Assembly: GCA_012839585.1 (NCBI GenBank)
Contig: DUNB01000082.1
Coordinates: forward strand, 21,445-85,444
Direction: 5' to 3'
DNA length: 64,000 nt
From: Alcaligenaceae bacterium
GTDB taxonomy: Bacteria > Pseudomonadota > Gammaproteobacteria > Burkholderiales > Burkholderiaceae_B
The notes beneath the pieces were generated by a model. The model did not search any database. It saw only the letters and a program-made list of their open reading frames with translations, and had not been told where the DNA came from. Numbering within the stretch: the first letter of the stretch is position 1; every line of letters begins with the position of its first letter. The translations under genes and the position numbers were made by a program. Below are positions 29,069 to 41,919 of the stretch, in pieces.

Positions 29069-29875
29069 TCACTCACTGGTTTCTGATGGAGCTAGTCGAA
29101 TGGCAAAGCCATTGCCATACCGTAAATCAGCACTCTGTATAGAACGGCCATCTAAACGTTCAACCAACGCTGGCCAGGCCTGCACAAAGCGCTCTAAGCG
29201 CAGCGCAAAGTCCCTGGTCCGCGATGTTCCGTGCAAATCGGCAATATCAGCGGCAGGGTCTCGTCCCAACTGCAAACGCATGCCGTCTGATAAGACAACC
29301 TCCCACGCATAACGTGGGCTTAAATGGAACTGCTGGATACTCACGCCCAAAGGCGTCAACCACTGGGTGACCTCGGCATAACGCTGTACAGCCAAGCGCT
29401 CAGAGTTATCTGGACCGCTCAGTTGTGGCAAAACTGTACCGTCGGTCAGCACGGCCTCGTTAGCGGCAAAAGGTTCCCCCCATGTATTGATCATATCGGT
29501 TTCATTCCAATATGCCATCGGTTGGTGTTCTTCTATTTTAACCTGTAATGTGTTTGGCCAAACCCGTCTGACTTGGGCTTTACGCACCCAAGGAGCAGAT
29601 TCAATGACATTGCGTGATTTTTCTAGGTCTATAGTAAAAAAATTGCCTTGTAATTGCCCCGCAATGGTCGCACTCACGGCCGTAGGTGTGACATATACCA
29701 AGGCCTCGTTATTTACGCCCTCGATTTGCACTGTATTGACAGCAAAATAAGGCAGCCGAATCACCCACATCACTAAGCTGCCTAATAAGGCAGCCACAGC
29801 CAACACGGCTAACAAATTAGCCAGTTGATTGATATAGCGATAGTCTAGGCGAAAGCCCGATAAATAACGATGCAT
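29069..29875 (-). CDS. ftsQ: cell division protein FtsQ
   Basis: 268 aa with a single N-terminal TM segment and POTRA-like region (VRKAQVRRVWPNTLQVKIEEHQP). It sits between ddl and ftsA. Confidence 0.9.
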   Translation of the reverse strand: MHRYLSGFRLDYRYINQLANLLAVLAVAALLGSLVMWVIRLPYFAVNTVQIEGVNNEALVYVTPTAVSATIAGQLQGNFFTIDLEKSRNVIESAPWVRKAQVRRVWPNTLQVKIEEHQPMAYWNETDMINTWGEPFAANEAVLTDGTVLPQLSGPDNSERLAVQRYAEVTQWLTPLGVSIQQFHLSPRYAWEVVLSDGMRLQLGRDPAADIADLHGTSRTRDFALRLERFVQAWPALVERLDGRSIQSADLRYGNGFAIRLAPSETSE

Positions 29876-29880
29876 CGCAA

Positions 29881-30825
29881 TTACAACCTAGCCACCGCTT
29901 TGAGTTTTAAACTGGCGGATTGAATCAGCTGCAAGCACAGTTGCTCGTAGCTTAGACCCTCGGCCTTTGCCGCCATCGGTACTAATGAATGGCTTGTCAT
30001 TCCGGGAGAGGTGTTAACCTCGAGCAGCCACGGCTTTTGTTCCGCATCTAACATGAAGTCTACTCGGCCCCAACCTTCGCAGCCCACGGCCAAATACGCC
30101 AAGCGTGCATATTCACGGATTTGGTCGCTGAGCTCTTGATCCAGTGGTGCAGGGCAAAAATACTGCGTATCGTTGCTGTAGTATTTATTTTCAAAATCGT
30201 AATTACCGTCGGGTGCGGCAATTTCAATAATAGGCAAAGCACGGGCCTGGTCCCCTGTGCCAATCACCGGAACCGTCAGCTCTCGTCCTTCGATGAATCG
30301 TTCCGCCAAGACAGCCGTGTCAAACTTAGCCGCTACCGCATAGGCTGCATCGATTTGATCGGCCTGCTCTATACGACTAAAACCGACCGTGGAGCCTTCA
30401 TGAGCTGGCTTCATAATAAATGGCATAGGCAAACGATCACTCAAACCCACCAAATCCTGTTCGCTGGTAAGAACCGCAAACTCCGGAGTCGGCAAACCAT
30501 GCTGCAACCACACGCGTTTGGTCATGACCTTGTCCATGGCCACAGCGGAAGCCATCGGGCCGCTGCCGGTGTATGGGATGTGTAATAGCTCTAAGGCCCC
30601 TTGTAGCGTGCCATCCTCGCCATAACGCCCGTGTAACGCAATAAAGACGCGATCAAATCCGGCTTGGGCTAGTTCCGCTAAACTTTGTTCTTGGGTATCA
30701 AATAAATGCGCATCCACACCCAAGTCACATAAAGCCTGATGCACCCCTGCACCCGACATTAAAGACACTTCGCGCTCGGCTGAGATTCCACCGTAAAGCA
30801 CACCCACTTTACCTAATTCTTTCAT
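29881..30825 (-). CDS. ddl: D-alanine--D-alanine ligase
   Basis: ATP-grasp Ddl pattern: [38 protein letters not shown]. Confidence 0.95.
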   Translation of the reverse strand: MKELGKVGVLYGGISAEREVSLMSGAGVHQALCDLGVDAHLFDTQEQSLAELAQAGFDRVFIALHGRYGEDGTLQGALELLHIPYTGSGPMASAVAMDKVMTKRVWLQHGLPTPEFAVLTSEQDLVGLSDRLPMPFIMKPAHEGSTVGFSRIEQADQIDAAYAVAAKFDTAVLAERFIEGRELTVPVIGTGDQARALPIIEIAAPDGNYDFENKYYSNDTQYFCPAPLDQELSDQIREYARLAYLAVGCEGWGRVDFMLDAEQKPWLLEVNTSPGMTSHSLVPMAAKAEGLSYEQLCLQLIQSASLKLKAVARL

Positions 30826-32231
30826 GCTATATCCTTTAGTTCGGCAGCCACACGGCTGATGGACCCAGCCCCCATCAAGAGCACCACGTCCCCGTCGCGC
30901 ACAAAATTATGGATGGCTTCAGGTAACTCCGCAACATCCTCTACAAAGACCGGTTCAACGCGACCAGCAACGCGTATAGCACGCGATAGCGCACGACCAT
31001 CTGCTGCCACAATACGCTCTTCGCCTGCGGGATAGACCTCGGTCAATAACACCGCATCAGCCTGCCCTAAAACATTCACGAAGTCCTCAAAGCAGTCACG
31101 AGTTCGCGTGTAACGGTGTGGTTGGAAAGCAAGAACGATGCGTCGATCCGGCCATGCGCCGCGCGCGGCCGCTAAGGTGGCTTGCATTTCTACGGGATGA
31201 TGACCATAGTCATCGACCACCGTGTACGAGCCACCACCTGCTTGGTCTGGCACGGGGAGGTCACCCACCTGCGCAAAACGACGCCCCACACCAGTAAAGG
31301 TGTCTAAGGCACTGGCGATCTGCTCATCCGAAACACCAAGCTCAGTAGCCACAGCAATCGCAGCTAGGGCATTCAATACATTATGGTGACCTGGCAGATT
31401 CAGACTAATCGATAATAAAGGAAGCTCACCCACACTGCTTTGACGAATCACATCAAACTGCATTTTCGTGCCTACATGACGTACATTTACAGCACGAACC
31501 TGAGCCTCGGTGTTTTCTATGCCATAGGTCGTCACTGGACGGGAAACAAAAGGAATGATTTCACGCACATAAGCATCATCTACACAGAGCACAGCGCTGC
31601 CATAAAAAGGCAGACGTTGGGTGAAATCAATAAACGCACTTTTCAACCTAGCCACATCATGGCCATAGGTATCCATATGGTCCACATCGATATTGGTGAT
31701 GATGGCCATCACGGGCAACAAATTTAAGAAGGAAGCATCTGATTCGTCGGCCTCCACCACAATGTATTCGCCCTGCCCTAGGCGCGCATTGGCGCCCGCC
31801 GAGTTTAAACGCCCACCAATCACAAAGGTTGGATCTAAGTCCCCAGCGGCAAGCACACTAGCGACTAAACTAGTGGTCGTGGTTTTACCATGCGTGCCCG
31901 CAACCGCAATGCCACGCTTTAATCGCATCAATTCCGTCAACATCAAGGCGCGTGGCACCACTGGGATACGTAAGGCACGCGCCGCCAGCACCTCTGGATT
32001 CTCGTTACCAATCGCGGTAGAGACCACAATAGCGCCCATTCCCTTGACGTTCTCAGCGCGATGGCCAATCACAATGCGCGCACCCAGTTGTTCTAAACGG
32101 CGCGTCACGGCGGATTCCTGGATGTCTGAACCACTAATGGCATAGCCTAAGTTGAGCAATACCTCGGCGATGCCGCTCATTCCTGAGCCGCCAATGCCTA
32201 CAAAGTGAATGTGTTGAATACGATGTTTCAT
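30822..32231 (-). CDS. murC: UDP-N-acetylmuramate--L-alanine ligase
   Basis: [17 protein letters not shown] and [13 protein letters not shown]. The ATG at 32231 overlaps the murG stop (ATGA); the track start 32258 is rejected. Confidence 0.95.
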   Translation of the reverse strand: MKHRIQHIHFVGIGGSGMSGIAEVLLNLGYAISGSDIQESAVTRRLEQLGARIVIGHRAENVKGMGAIVVSTAIGNENPEVLAARALRIPVVPRALMLTELMRLKRGIAVAGTHGKTTTTSLVASVLAAGDLDPTFVIGGRLNSAGANARLGQGEYIVVEADESDASFLNLLPVMAIITNIDVDHMDTYGHDVARLKSAFIDFTQRLPFYGSAVLCVDDAYVREIIPFVSRPVTTYGIENTEAQVRAVNVRHVGTKMQFDVIRQSSVGELPLLSISLNLPGHHNVLNALAAIAVATELGVSDEQIASALDTFTGVGRRFAQVGDLPVPDQAGGGSYTVVDDYGHHPVEMQATLAAARGAWPDRRIVLAFQPHRYTRTRDCFEDFVNVLGQADAVLLTEVYPAGEERIVAADGRALSRAIRVAGRVEPVFVEDVAELPEAIHNFVRDGDVVLLMGAGSISRVAAELKDIA

Positions 32232-33298
32232 GAATTTCCTTTGGCTAAACGTATACACGTATTAGCTATTTTCTCGGTGGCCTCTATTTGCGCATGTTGT
32301 TGCGCATGCACGGCCATCTGCATCAATTTTTCTCGGTCTAGCTCTTGTAGCCATTGTGCCAACCATTCAGCGCTTAATTCTGACTGGGGCTTTAACCAGG
32401 CCGCATCGCAATCACTGAGATAGCGAGCGTTGGCGGTTTGGTGGTCATCAATGGCGTGAGGTAGCGGTACAAACAAAGCCGCTACACCTACTGCCGCGAC
32501 TTCGGCCACGGTCATTGCCCCGGCTCTGCATAGCACCACGTCCATCTGCGCCATGGTTTCCGCCATATCATCAATAAAACTGACGGCGTTGGCTTCCACA
32601 TTCAAGGCTTGGTAAGCCTGCTGTACCGTATGTACATGGCTGTTTCCCGTTTGATGGGTAAGGATGGGACGCTGCGCTAGTGGTATCTGCGCCATGGCCT
32701 CTGGCACCACCTTGTTCAAAGGCGCTGCTCCCAAACTGCCACCTACTACCAAGACTCGTAAAGGACCGGTGCGTCGAGCATAGCGCTGCGCTGGTGGTGC
32801 CTTAGTCGTAAAGGCAGCACGTACTGGATTCCCCACCATCACAGCGCCAGACAAAGCACCTGGAAAGCCAACCAAGGTCTGGGCTGCAATTTTAGCCAAA
32901 TACCGGTTCGCCGTGCCACCTATTGCATTCTGTTCATGAATTACCACAGGGATGCCCGCTAATTTGGCCATCACACCACCGGGAAAAGCCACATAGCCAC
33001 CCATGCCTAGCACCACATCAGGCTGGCATTGTTTAATGGCTTTACGAGCCTGTAAGCACGCCTGCAACAACCGGAAAGGCAGCTTCACCAACGCCTCCAA
33101 GCCCTTGCCTCTGAGCCCAGAAAAGCGCAGTGGTAATAAAGGAAAGCCGTGTTCAGTAACTAGACCTCCTTCCATTTTTTCGGGATGTCCTAACCAATAC
33201 ACCCGCCAGCCTTGGGCTCGCAAGTAATGGGCCACTGCCAAGCCAGGCATAATATGCCCGCCTGTGCCACCTGCCATAATCAAAATAGAGCGACTCAT
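32228..33298 (-). CDS. murG: undecaprenyldiphospho-muramoylpentapeptide beta-N-acetylglucosaminyltransferase
   Basis: [16 protein letters not shown] and the C-terminal [11 protein letters not shown]...DDHQTANA. Confidence 0.95.
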   Translation of the reverse strand: MSRSILIMAGGTGGHIMPGLAVAHYLRAQGWRVYWLGHPEKMEGGLVTEHGFPLLPLRFSGLRGKGLEALVKLPFRLLQACLQARKAIKQCQPDVVLGMGGYVAFPGGVMAKLAGIPVVIHEQNAIGGTANRYLAKIAAQTLVGFPGALSGAVMVGNPVRAAFTTKAPPAQRYARRTGPLRVLVVGGSLGAAPLNKVVPEAMAQIPLAQRPILTHQTGNSHVHTVQQAYQALNVEANAVSFIDDMAETMAQMDVVLCRAGAMTVAEVAAVGVAALFVPLPHAIDDHQTANARYLSDCDAAWLKPQSELSAEWLAQWLQELDREKLMQMAVHAQQHAQIEATEKIANTCIRLAKGNS

Positions 33299-33300
33299 TG

Positions 33301-34491
33301 TTATTTCCCCCGCATCAAACTACGGTTTTCATGATCCACTCGCAACAATAAAGCGATGGCAACCAAGTTCATAATAATGGCTGAGCCACCGTAGCTCACC
33401 AAGGGTAGGGTTAAGCCTTTGGTCGGCAACAGACCTAAACAAACCCCAATATTAATAAAGGTTTGTACCCCTAACCACACGCCCACCGCTTGGGCCACCA
33501 TGGCATTAAATAGTCGTTCCATCGCAATGGCTTGGCGTCCTATTTCAAAGGCCCGCCATACGACAAAGGCAAATGCCAAGACTAATAGGGTCACCCCTAC
33601 AAAGCCGAGCTCCTCGCCGATCACCGCTACAATAAAGTCGGTATGTGCTTCGGGTAAGTAATGCAGTTTTTCAATACTGGAACCCAACCCTACGCCAAAC
33701 CACTCGCCACGCCCGAAGGCAATCAACGAGTGTGAAAGTTGGTAAGCGCTGCCGTAAACGTTTTCTGGTTTCCAGGGGTCTAGGTAAACAAACAAACGCT
33801 CTCTGCGCCACGGAGCAAACCAAATCAACGCCGCTCCAGCTCCACCAACCAGACCCACCATGCCTACCATCCAGCGTAGGGCTATCCCCCCTATAAACAA
33901 CACGCCCATCGCAATAGCGGCGATCACCACAAAAGCCCCTAAGTCTGGCTCTAGGGCGAGCAGTAAGCCAACCACCCCCACCACAGCCAACATAGGCAAA
34001 AAGCCGCGGATGAATTCAGCCATATTGTCTTTTTTGTTTACCACATAAGCAGCAGAGAAAAGAATCATCGCCACTTTCATCAGCTCAGAGGGCTGAAAGT
34101 TCACTATGCCTAAGGGGATCCAGCGCCGCGCGCCGTTCACCTCCCGGCCTATGCCGGGAATCAGTACCACGATCAATAAGACCGTGGCCAAAATAAAGAG
34201 AGGAATAGTCAGCTTTTCCCACGCTTTCATGGGGATCAAGCTTGCCATCCCAGCCATCACCACCCCCAAGCTTAAAAACAGGGCATGACGAATCACAAAA
34301 TAATAGTGACCATAACTTTTGTACTGCGGCCCATCTGCCAAAGCGATGGAGGCCGAATACACCATAAGCAAGCCAAAAGCAGCTAACAGCGCAATCACGG
34401 TCAGCAATGGCATATCCACCGTGGGTAGGGTCGTCCGCTCTGGGCGACGACCACGAAGAAAGCGAGGTGTTAAGGCTGAGATAAGACTCAC
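33301..34491 (-). CDS. ftsW: peptidoglycan glycosyltransferase / cell division protein FtsW (SEDS family)
   Basis: SEDS membrane protein ([45 protein letters not shown]). The GTG at 34491, preceded by AGGAGAGG, overlaps the murD stop (GTGA). The track start 34587 lies inside murD and is rejected. Confidence 0.9.
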   Translation of the reverse strand: MSLISALTPRFLRGRRPERTTLPTVDMPLLTVIALLAAFGLLMVYSASIALADGPQYKSYGHYYFVIRHALFLSLGVVMAGMASLIPMKAWEKLTIPLFILATVLLIVVLIPGIGREVNGARRWIPLGIVNFQPSELMKVAMILFSAAYVVNKKDNMAEFIRGFLPMLAVVGVVGLLLALEPDLGAFVVIAAIAMGVLFIGGIALRWMVGMVGLVGGAGAALIWFAPWRRERLFVYLDPWKPENVYGSAYQLSHSLIAFGRGEWFGVGLGSSIEKLHYLPEAHTDFIVAVIGEELGFVGVTLLVLAFAFVVWRAFEIGRQAIAMERLFNAMVAQAVGVWLGVQTFINIGVCLGLLPTKGLTLPLVSYGGSAIIMNLVAIALLLRVDHENRSLMRGK

Positions 34492-35948
34492 GCGACCTCT
34501 CCTAAATCCAAAGCTAGCTCCGTGACGGCCTCTACAAAGCAATGACCACGTTCCATATAGTTTGCGAACATGTCCATGCTGGCACACGCCGGTGACAATA
34601 CCACCGCGTCCCCCTCTGTGGCTAAATCAAAAGACTGTGCTACCGCATCATCTAAGCTTTGTGCAAAATAACGCGGCACCGAGACGCCTTCTAGCTGCTG
34701 GGCGATACGTTGCGCATCGCGCCCGATCAGCACGACCGCTTTGCACTCGCTTTGCTCCAACGCCTGAGCCAATGGAGTGAAATCTTGGCCTTTGCTTAGC
34801 CCACCAACGATCAGCACCAAAGGACGTGCCAAGCCTTGTAGCGCCGCTACCGTGGCGCCCACATTGGTCCCTTTGCTGTCATTAATAAAATCCACACCGC
34901 GCACTTGACGCACAAACTGACAACGATGGGGCTCTCCGTGATAAGAGCGCAAGGTGGTTAATATAGGCGCCCAATCCACACCTGCTGCATGCGCTAAGCT
35001 GAGCGCCGCTAAAGCATTGCTTAGATTATGTTGCCCTGCCACTAATAAGGCTTCGGTGGGCAATAAGTCATCCACCGCGTCTGTGGCTGATGCAACGCAG
35101 ATCCAAGCTTGGTTTTGAGCATGATTAATACCTAGATCATGCGCCTGCTGCACGGGGCCCAAGCCAAAACTGCGCACCTGTTTATGCTGAGCGGCGAGAT
35201 CTTGTGTAGCAGCATCATCCCGATTCACCACCGCGATGGTGCTCATATCAAATAAACGCCCCTTGGCCTGGGCATACGCCTGCATAGAACCATGCCAGTC
35301 AATATGATCCTGGCTGATATTTAGCACGGTTCCAGCCAACACCGGCAGGCTGTAGGTGTGTTCTAACTGAAAGCTAGAGAGTTCAATCACCCAGAAATCG
35401 GGGAGTACTCCATCATCCAAACACTGTCTCAAGGTCTCGATGGCCGCTGGACTGATGTTGCCCGCAGCTTGTGCACTAAAACCGGCATCCACCAGCATGT
35501 GTTTGAGCATTTGGCTGACGGTGGTCTTACCATTTGTCCCTGTGACAGCTAACACCTTGGTTTGATAACCTTGTGCGATCAAGTCGTGCAAGGCTTGGGC
35601 AAACAGTTCTATTTCACTGATCACACGGATGTGGCGCGCCGCGGCCTCTTGCAATAAAGCAGCAACCGCTGGGTCTGTGATCGCCAAACCGGGGCTTAGC
35701 ACCACGGTTTGCACTGCTTCGAGTATGGTTAACGCAAGCGCTTGTTCGCCTAACACCACATCCATCGCCACGGCCTGATACTGCTCCGCCAAGGCATCGG
35801 TATGCGCTTGATAAGACACCCGTGTATCCGCCAAGCGCACAGGCAACTGCTGCCGCAAATACCAATGGGCAGCAGCTAAACCGGTTTCACCCAGACCTAA
35901 GATCAGGGTGTAACCATTTTCAGAGGTGCTAAATACAGGGGTTCTCAT
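34488..35948 (-). CDS. murD: UDP-N-acetylmuramoylalanine--D-glutamate ligase
   Basis: [14 protein letters not shown] and [14 protein letters not shown]. The ATG at 35948 overlaps the mraY stop (ATGA); the track start 36032 is rejected. Confidence 0.93.
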   Translation of the reverse strand: MRTPVFSTSENGYTLILGLGETGLAAAHWYLRQQLPVRLADTRVSYQAHTDALAEQYQAVAMDVVLGEQALALTILEAVQTVVLSPGLAITDPAVAALLQEAAARHIRVISEIELFAQALHDLIAQGYQTKVLAVTGTNGKTTVSQMLKHMLVDAGFSAQAAGNISPAAIETLRQCLDDGVLPDFWVIELSSFQLEHTYSLPVLAGTVLNISQDHIDWHGSMQAYAQAKGRLFDMSTIAVVNRDDAATQDLAAQHKQVRSFGLGPVQQAHDLGINHAQNQAWICVASATDAVDDLLPTEALLVAGQHNLSNALAALSLAHAAGVDWAPILTTLRSYHGEPHRCQFVRQVRGVDFINDSKGTNVGATVAALQGLARPLVLIVGGLSKGQDFTPLAQALEQSECKAVVLIGRDAQRIAQQLEGVSVPRYFAQSLDDAVAQSFDLATEGDAVVLSPACASMDMFANYMERGHCFVEAVTELALDLGEVA

Positions 35949-37117
35949 CGTAATTTTAGAGTCGATAAACCAATTAGGACTAACATCATGGTGATAATCC
36001 AAAAACGCACCACAACCTGAGTTTCTTTCCAACCAGTGACTTCAAAGTGATGGTGCAAGGGCGCCATTTTAAAGATACGCCGCCCCTCGCCATATTTTTT
36101 CTTGGTGTACTTGAACCACACCACCTGCATCATCACAGAGAGCGTTTCCACGACAAACACCCCACCCATGATGAAAAACACAATTTCCTGACGCACAATG
36201 ACGGCAATGGTTCCCAAGGCGCCGCCTAAAGCAAGCGCCCCCACATCCCCCATGAATACCTGAGCAGGATGCGTGTTAAACCAAAGAAAGGCTAAGCCAG
36301 CCCCTGCCAGAGCCGCACAGACCACCATGATTTCTGAGGCACCTGGAATGTAGGGGAAAAGCAGGTATTTGGAATAATCCACTCGCCCTACTACATACGC
36401 AAAAATACCCAGAGCACTACCCACCATAACGGTAGGCATGATAGCTAAGCCATCTAAGCCGTCGGTGAGGTTTACCGCGTTACTGGAACCTACGATCACA
36501 AACCAAGTTAAGGCGGCAAAACCAAACACCCCAAGGGGATAGCTCACGCTTTTGAAAAAGGGCACGATCAAGTCAGCCTGTGTGGGCAATGGCATCGTAA
36601 AACCACTTAGTACCCAGCTCTTAAATAATGGCCAAAGCTCCCCCGACCCCGGTACCGAGACCGCAAAGGTGAGATACACCGAGGCGATCACCCCGATCAG
36701 GGCCTGCCAAAAGAATTTTTGACGTGACGACATGCCTTCGGGGTCATGGTGCACCACTTTTTTATAGTCATCCGCCCAACCGATCCAGCCAAAACCTAAG
36801 GTGACCAAAAGCACCACCCATACAAAACGGTTGGTCCAATCGGCCCATAACAAGGTGCTGATGGCAATGGAAATCAAAATCAGCACGCCTCCCATGGTAG
36901 GCGTGCCATTTTTTTGCAAATGCGACTCGGGACCGTAGGAGCGCACCGCTTGACCAATTTTTAATGCGGTCAAACGGCGAATCACCCAGGGACCGCACCA
37001 CAAACCAATAATGAGGGAGGTGGCACTGGCTAATACCGCACGCAAGGTAATGTATTCAAAAACACCGAATGTACGCGAGTAAGACCCCGCCAGCCAGCGG
37101 GCTAACTCAAGAAGCAT
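35945..37117 (-). CDS. mraY: phospho-N-acetylmuramoyl-pentapeptide transferase
   Basis: 390-aa membrane protein with [22 protein letters not shown] and MAPLHHHFE. Confidence 0.95.
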   Translation of the reverse strand: MLLELARWLAGSYSRTFGVFEYITLRAVLASATSLIIGLWCGPWVIRRLTALKIGQAVRSYGPESHLQKNGTPTMGGVLILISIAISTLLWADWTNRFVWVVLLVTLGFGWIGWADDYKKVVHHDPEGMSSRQKFFWQALIGVIASVYLTFAVSVPGSGELWPLFKSWVLSGFTMPLPTQADLIVPFFKSVSYPLGVFGFAALTWFVIVGSSNAVNLTDGLDGLAIMPTVMVGSALGIFAYVVGRVDYSKYLLFPYIPGASEIMVVCAALAGAGLAFLWFNTHPAQVFMGDVGALALGGALGTIAVIVRQEIVFFIMGGVFVVETLSVMMQVVWFKYTKKKYGEGRRIFKMAPLHHHFEVTGWKETQVVVRFWIITMMLVLIGLSTLKLR

Positions 37118-39878
37118 TGTGGTTCTCCGAGAAGTGTGTTTCTAACGCCTTAACCACACGCTCCATACGTGCACTACGCGATCCTTTTACCAACACCTGC
37201 GCTGGCATATTCTGTAATAGCCGATGAATCAACTGGTCTAAATCCTCGAAACTATGTGCACCTTCGCCAAAGGCCTCTGCGGCTTTTTTGGCATCTTGGC
37301 CTAAAACAAACAGTTCATTGATGTCGTGCTCACGAGCATAACCACCGACCTCGGCGTGAACCGCCCCACTATTAATCCCTACCTCGGCCATATTGCCTAA
37401 GACCAAGATTTTTTTACCTTCGAGCTGAGACAAGACATCAATCGCGGCCCGTACGGAATCTGGGTTCGCATTATAGCTATCATCAATCAACTGGAAGCCA
37501 TTGGGCAGACGTTTTACCTGCATACGGCCCTCTACCGCCTTAAAGGACTCGAGTCCTTTAACGATGGCAGCTAAGGGCGCACCGGCAGCATGCGCACACG
37601 CTGCTGCGGCTAGCGCATTACGTAAGTTGTGCACACCTGGCACGGCCAAATGCACCGCAGCACTGTCATTCTGAACCACTAAGCGGAAACGTGTGACGGT
37701 GGGGTCGGCATGGATGTCATCAGCACGCACCACGGCATCAGGGCTAAACCCAAAGCCCACCACCTGTTTACCATCGGCGAGCTCAGTCCAGAAATCGGTG
37801 TAATGGTCATCTACAGGAAACACGGCGATGCCTTGATCAGATAAAGCCGCCAACACGGTGCCATTTTCTGCGGCCACAGCATCTACCGAATGCATGTATT
37901 CTTGGTGTTCGCGCTGTGCATTGTTAATCAACGCGATAGTAGGAGCCGCTACAGCAGCCAACGGGGCTATTTCGCCTGGGTGATTCATGCCTAGCTCGAA
38001 CACAGCGGCCTTATGCTGTGGGCCTAAACGCAATACAGACAAAGGCACCCCTAGCTGATTATTTAAATTACCAGCGGTGGCTAAATAGGTCTCGCTTTCG
38101 CTGCCTAGCCAGGCGGCAAAAATGGCGGCAATCATTTCCTTAGTGGTGGTTTTACCGTTGCTGCCGGTGACCGCTACCACTGGAATAGCAAAGCGCTGAC
38201 GCCATAAGGTCGCTGCTTTAGTCAGTACCGTTTGTACATCGCCTAATACCAACTGAGGAATATCAACCGCTACAGGTCTAGCCACTAAAGCCGCCGCAGC
38301 GCCATTGTCTTTGGCGGCTTGTACATAATCGTGGCCGTCAAAGCGCTCGCCACTAATGGCCGCAAACACCTGTCCGGCCTGGAGGGATCGACTATCTGTG
38401 GATAAAGACACCCCACGCAACCAGGTCAACGCAAAACGTCCCCAATGCGTGTCGTCAAAAGCAAAGCGTTGGCCTTGGATTTCCTGATAGGTTTCATGCC
38501 CTTTACCCGCCAACAAAACAATATCCGTGGGTTCTGCAGACCAGACAGCGCGTAAAATGGCTTTAGCCCGATCTAGTTCCAGCAACGCTTTGTCACCACT
38601 CATGCCGGCTTGGATCTGCGCCGCAATGGCTGCTGGATCCTCGGAGCGAGCGTTATCTGTGGTGATGATGACCTTATCAGCCAAGCGCTCGGCAATTTCA
38701 CCCATGATTGGACGTTTGGCGGTATCACGATCCCCACCACAACCAAACACACAAATCACTTTGCCATTACGCACCTTAGCTACGTCGCGCAAAGACAGCA
38801 ATGCTCGTTCAAGGGCATCGGGACTATGCGCATAGTCCACCACCACCAACGGTAGGGGACGGTGTGTACCCAGCGCTAAGGCGCGTACAATCTGCAAACG
38901 CCCTGGTACAGGACCTAGTGTGGCCATGAGTCGAGCGATTTTGGTAATGGGCCAGCCCAATTCGAGTAGCACAGCAGAAACCAACAACAAGTTGGACACG
39001 TTGTAGTCACCGAGCAGATGCGTCAAGATCTGAGCGGTACCATGGGCCTCGATCAGGTTAAATACCTGACCATCAGCGCCAATTTGCACGTCATCAGCAA
39101 AGAGGTCTGCGCTGTTATCCTCCATGGAGTAGCTTAAAACGCGTGGTGTGCTGACGGACTCTAATAGTTCGCGACCAAAGGCATCGTCTTTGTTCACCAC
39201 GGCCAAACGCAAATTCGGCCAATTAAAGAGCAGTCGTTTTGCCTCTTTGTAGTTTTCTACTGTGTGGTGATAGTCTAAGTGGTCGTGCGATAGGTTCGTA
39301 AAGGCGGCCACATCGATTTCGACCTTGTCCAGACGGCCCTGCTCCAAACCAATAGAGGAGGCCTCTAGGGCGACTAAATTTGCGCCAGCCTGTTGAATCG
39401 CTGCCAAGCTGCGATGCATGGTGAGCACATCTGGCGTGGTTAATACCCCACCCAAATTCGTCCCATCTGGCAAAGTCACCCCTAGGGTACCGATGGTGCC
39501 ACAGGCCACACCGGAGTTATTGAGCATAGAGGCCAACCACTGCACACTGGAGGTTTTGCCGTTTGTTCCTGTGATCGCCATTACCGTCATTTGAGCAGAA
39601 GGACGCCCATACCATTCGTGGGCAATCTCACCCAATAATTGGCTTAAGCCTTCAACTTTATAGGTGGGCACGTCCAGTTCTCTTGCCTCTGAAGCATCCT
39701 GAACCACCGCTGCCGCACCAGCCGCAATGGCCTGATCAATATAAGCATGGCCGCTGGAGGCTAAGCCTGCACAAGCAAAAAACACGTCTCCGGCACCAAT
39801 AGCACGCGAATCCAAACAAAGGTGCGCGGTAGGCGCACACTGCTCTTTTAACCATTTAACAACTGCTGCTGCTTTCAT
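37107..39878 (-). CDS. murE/murF: fused MurE (UDP-MurNAc-L-Ala-D-Glu--2,6-diaminopimelate ligase) / MurF (UDP-MurNAc-tripeptide--D-Ala-D-Ala ligase)
   Basis: Single uninterrupted 923-aa ORF. The N-terminal half has MurE features ([32 protein letters not shown]). The C-terminal half has MurF features ([39 protein letters not shown]). Confidence 0.9.
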   Translation of the reverse strand: MKAAAVVKWLKEQCAPTAHLCLDSRAIGAGDVFFACAGLASSGHAYIDQAIAAGAAAVVQDASEARELDVPTYKVEGLSQLLGEIAHEWYGRPSAQMTVMAITGTNGKTSSVQWLASMLNNSGVACGTIGTLGVTLPDGTNLGGVLTTPDVLTMHRSLAAIQQAGANLVALEASSIGLEQGRLDKVEIDVAAFTNLSHDHLDYHHTVENYKEAKRLLFNWPNLRLAVVNKDDAFGRELLESVSTPRVLSYSMEDNSADLFADDVQIGADGQVFNLIEAHGTAQILTHLLGDYNVSNLLLVSAVLLELGWPITKIARLMATLGPVPGRLQIVRALALGTHRPLPLVVVDYAHSPDALERALLSLRDVAKVRNGKVICVFGCGGDRDTAKRPIMGEIAERLADKVIITTDNARSEDPAAIAAQIQAGMSGDKALLELDRAKAILRAVWSAEPTDIVLLAGKGHETYQEIQGQRFAFDDTHWGRFALTWLRGVSLSTDSRSLQAGQVFAAISGERFDGHDYVQAAKDNGAAAALVARPVAVDIPQLVLGDVQTVLTKAATLWRQRFAIPVVAVTGSNGKTTTKEMIAAIFAAWLGSESETYLATAGNLNNQLGVPLSVLRLGPQHKAAVFELGMNHPGEIAPLAAVAAPTIALINNAQREHQEYMHSVDAVAAENGTVLAALSDQGIAVFPVDDHYTDFWTELADGKQVVGFGFSPDAVVRADDIHADPTVTRFRLVVQNDSAAVHLAVPGVHNLRNALAAAACAHAAGAPLAAIVKGLESFKAVEGRMQVKRLPNGFQLIDDSYNANPDSVRAAIDVLSQLEGKKILVLGNMAEVGINSGAVHAEVGGYAREHDINELFVLGQDAKKAAEAFGEGAHSFEDLDQLIHRLLQNMPAQVLVKGSRSARMERVVKALETHFSENHNAS

Positions 39879-41614
39879 TATTGTCTTTTCTCCTGATTGG
39901 GGCTCTCTGCCGCCAATGCATCCACCGGTTCGTCCGGCTCTATGTCTAAGCGACGCAAGCTGCTGGCCACAATGTCCGCAAACACAGGCGCAGCCACTCG
40001 GCCACCGTAATAATGCCCCTTAGGCTCATCAATCGTTACCGCTACCACCACCCGAGGGTTAGAGACGGGAGCGAAGCCTACAAAGGAGCTACGGTAATTC
40101 GATTTACTGTACTTTCCATTTACAATTTTACGTGCTGTCCCACTTTTACCCGCAACCCGATATCCCTGAACTTGCGCTAATTTAGCGCCGTCCGGACCTG
40201 CTGCGGCCTCGAGCATACTGCGCACGGCTTGTGCTACCTCGGGCCGGTAAACTTGAATACTTGTTGGTTGCGTCTCACGGCGTAACAAGGACAACGACAC
40301 CATATCCCCATTACGGGCAAAGGTGGTGTAGGCCTGGGCCAACTGCATCAACGACACGGATAGGCCATAACCATACGCCATGGTGGCGCGTTCAATAGGA
40401 CGCCAACGATCCCAAGGCCGCAAGCGCCCAGACACCGCACCGGGGAAACCAATTTGGGGGGCTCGCCCAAAGCCTAGGGCCGTAAAGCGTTGCCACATTT
40501 CCTCTGAGGTGAGCATCTCAGAGATCATGGTCATCCCAATATTACTGGAACGACGTAAGATGCCCTCGGCATCTAAAACCCCGTTAAAACGACTCACGTC
40601 AGTAATGGTGTGTCCTTGGTAACGATACTGACCATTACCTGTATTAAATTTGGTATTTAATCCGATGCGTTTAATATCTAAAGCCAACGCCACCACAAAA
40701 GGTTTCATGGTGGAGCCAGGCTCAAACGTATCCGTTAGCGCCCGATTTCGCATCGAGGCCGGCTGAATCGTATGACGCTGCGCTGGGTCAAATGTCGGTA
40801 AGTTCACTAACGACAGAATTTCCCCCGTTTGCACATCCACCACAACAGCACTACCGGCTTCGGCATTATTTTCCTTTAGGGCTTTTTTCAAAGCAGTAAA
40901 GGTGTCGTACTGTATCCCCGCGTCCAAAGACAAATGGATGTCCTGACCATGCACCGGTGGTGTGACCTCGGCTAAGTCCTCTAGCACACGGCCTAAGCGA
41001 TCACGTAATACTTTGCGTGAGCCTGCTTGCCCGGAAAGCTCCTCGTTGAAGGTCATTTCCAGACCCGCGCGCCCTAGGCCATCAATATCAGTAATACCAA
41101 TAATTTGTGATACCGTTTCGCCCTCGGGGTAAGCGCGGCGTAGTTCGTCACGCGTACCGATCCCAGGCACACCCAAAGCCATCACTTTTTCAGCTAAATC
41201 CAAATCGACCTGGCGCTTAAGGTAAGCAAACTCACGCCCTCCATTTTCGATAGAGCGTTTAACATCAGTCAAAGATAGACCCAGCAGTTTCGCCACCTGG
41301 CTTAGCTGCTCATCTGTGGCATTGGCTGCACTTGGAGGATTCGCCCAAACGGCTTTCACCAGAACCGAAGAGGCCAGTACGACCTTTCCGGTACGATCTA
41401 ATATTTTACCCCGTATTGGTGGCAGCCGGATATCTTGCACATAACGTTTTTCGCCTTGAGCTTGTAAAAAATCCGTAGTCAGCCCCTGCAAGTGCAACGC
41501 CCTAGCAATCAGCGCCACAAAAGCCAACAAAATCAGCAGCAAGACGACCTTAGCCCGCCAGAGCGGTACGCTAATGGCGGGCTGTTTGGGCCGAATTTTA
41601 TGATCGCGCGTCAT
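39878..41614 (-). CDS. ftsI: peptidoglycan D,D-transpeptidase FtsI (PBP3)
   Basis: N-terminal TM segment. All three penicillin-binding motifs are present: STMK (EPGSTMKPF), SSN (RRSSNIG) and KSGT (AGKSGTA). Confidence 0.95.
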   Translation of the reverse strand: MTRDHKIRPKQPAISVPLWRAKVVLLLILLAFVALIARALHLQGLTTDFLQAQGEKRYVQDIRLPPIRGKILDRTGKVVLASSVLVKAVWANPPSAANATDEQLSQVAKLLGLSLTDVKRSIENGGREFAYLKRQVDLDLAEKVMALGVPGIGTRDELRRAYPEGETVSQIIGITDIDGLGRAGLEMTFNEELSGQAGSRKVLRDRLGRVLEDLAEVTPPVHGQDIHLSLDAGIQYDTFTALKKALKENNAEAGSAVVVDVQTGEILSLVNLPTFDPAQRHTIQPASMRNRALTDTFEPGSTMKPFVVALALDIKRIGLNTKFNTGNGQYRYQGHTITDVSRFNGVLDAEGILRRSSNIGMTMISEMLTSEEMWQRFTALGFGRAPQIGFPGAVSGRLRPWDRWRPIERATMAYGYGLSVSLMQLAQAYTTFARNGDMVSLSLLRRETQPTSIQVYRPEVAQAVRSMLEAAAGPDGAKLAQVQGYRVAGKSGTARKIVNGKYSKSNYRSSFVGFAPVSNPRVVVAVTIDEPKGHYYGGRVAAPVFADIVASSLRRLDIEPDEPVDALAAESPNQEKRQ

Positions 41615-41919
41615 GGCTCCACCTGCCTTGGAAGAAGTGCCGATGGCTTGCCTTGGATGTACAAGGTGCGATTTAAATCCGTAGGGGTTAAATCAAGTTG
41701 ATTTCTAGCGAGCTGGTCAATACGTGAATGGCGCACTAGTTCGGCTCGGTCAGACTGCAAGTGTCGCCATGCAATATCTAGCTCTTGGGCTTGAAGCTGG
41801 AGTTGCTCGCTTTTAATAAAGAGCACTCTGGATTGGTAGCGGGTGCTCACCAAATAAATGGCGGACACCATCACCAACACAACTAAGAGCGGTACAGACC
41901 ACCAACCCCTAAAGCTCAT
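41611..41919 (-). CDS. ftsL: cell division protein FtsL
   Basis: 102 aa with a single TM segment followed by a coiled coil. It sits between rsmH and ftsI with 4-nt overlaps at both ends. Confidence 0.85.
   Translation of the reverse strand: MSFRGWWSVPLLVVLVMVSAIYLVSTRYQSRVLFIKSEQLQLQAQELDIAWRHLQSDRAELVRHSRIDQLARNQLDLTPTDLNRTLYIQGKPSALLPRQVEP

Noticed and set aside
28401-29312. Two plus-strand ORFs (133 and 144 aa) antisense to ftsA and ftsQ
   Set aside because: They lie fully within well-supported dcw genes on the other strand, have Ser/Thr/Arg-rich composition, and show no start-site signals.
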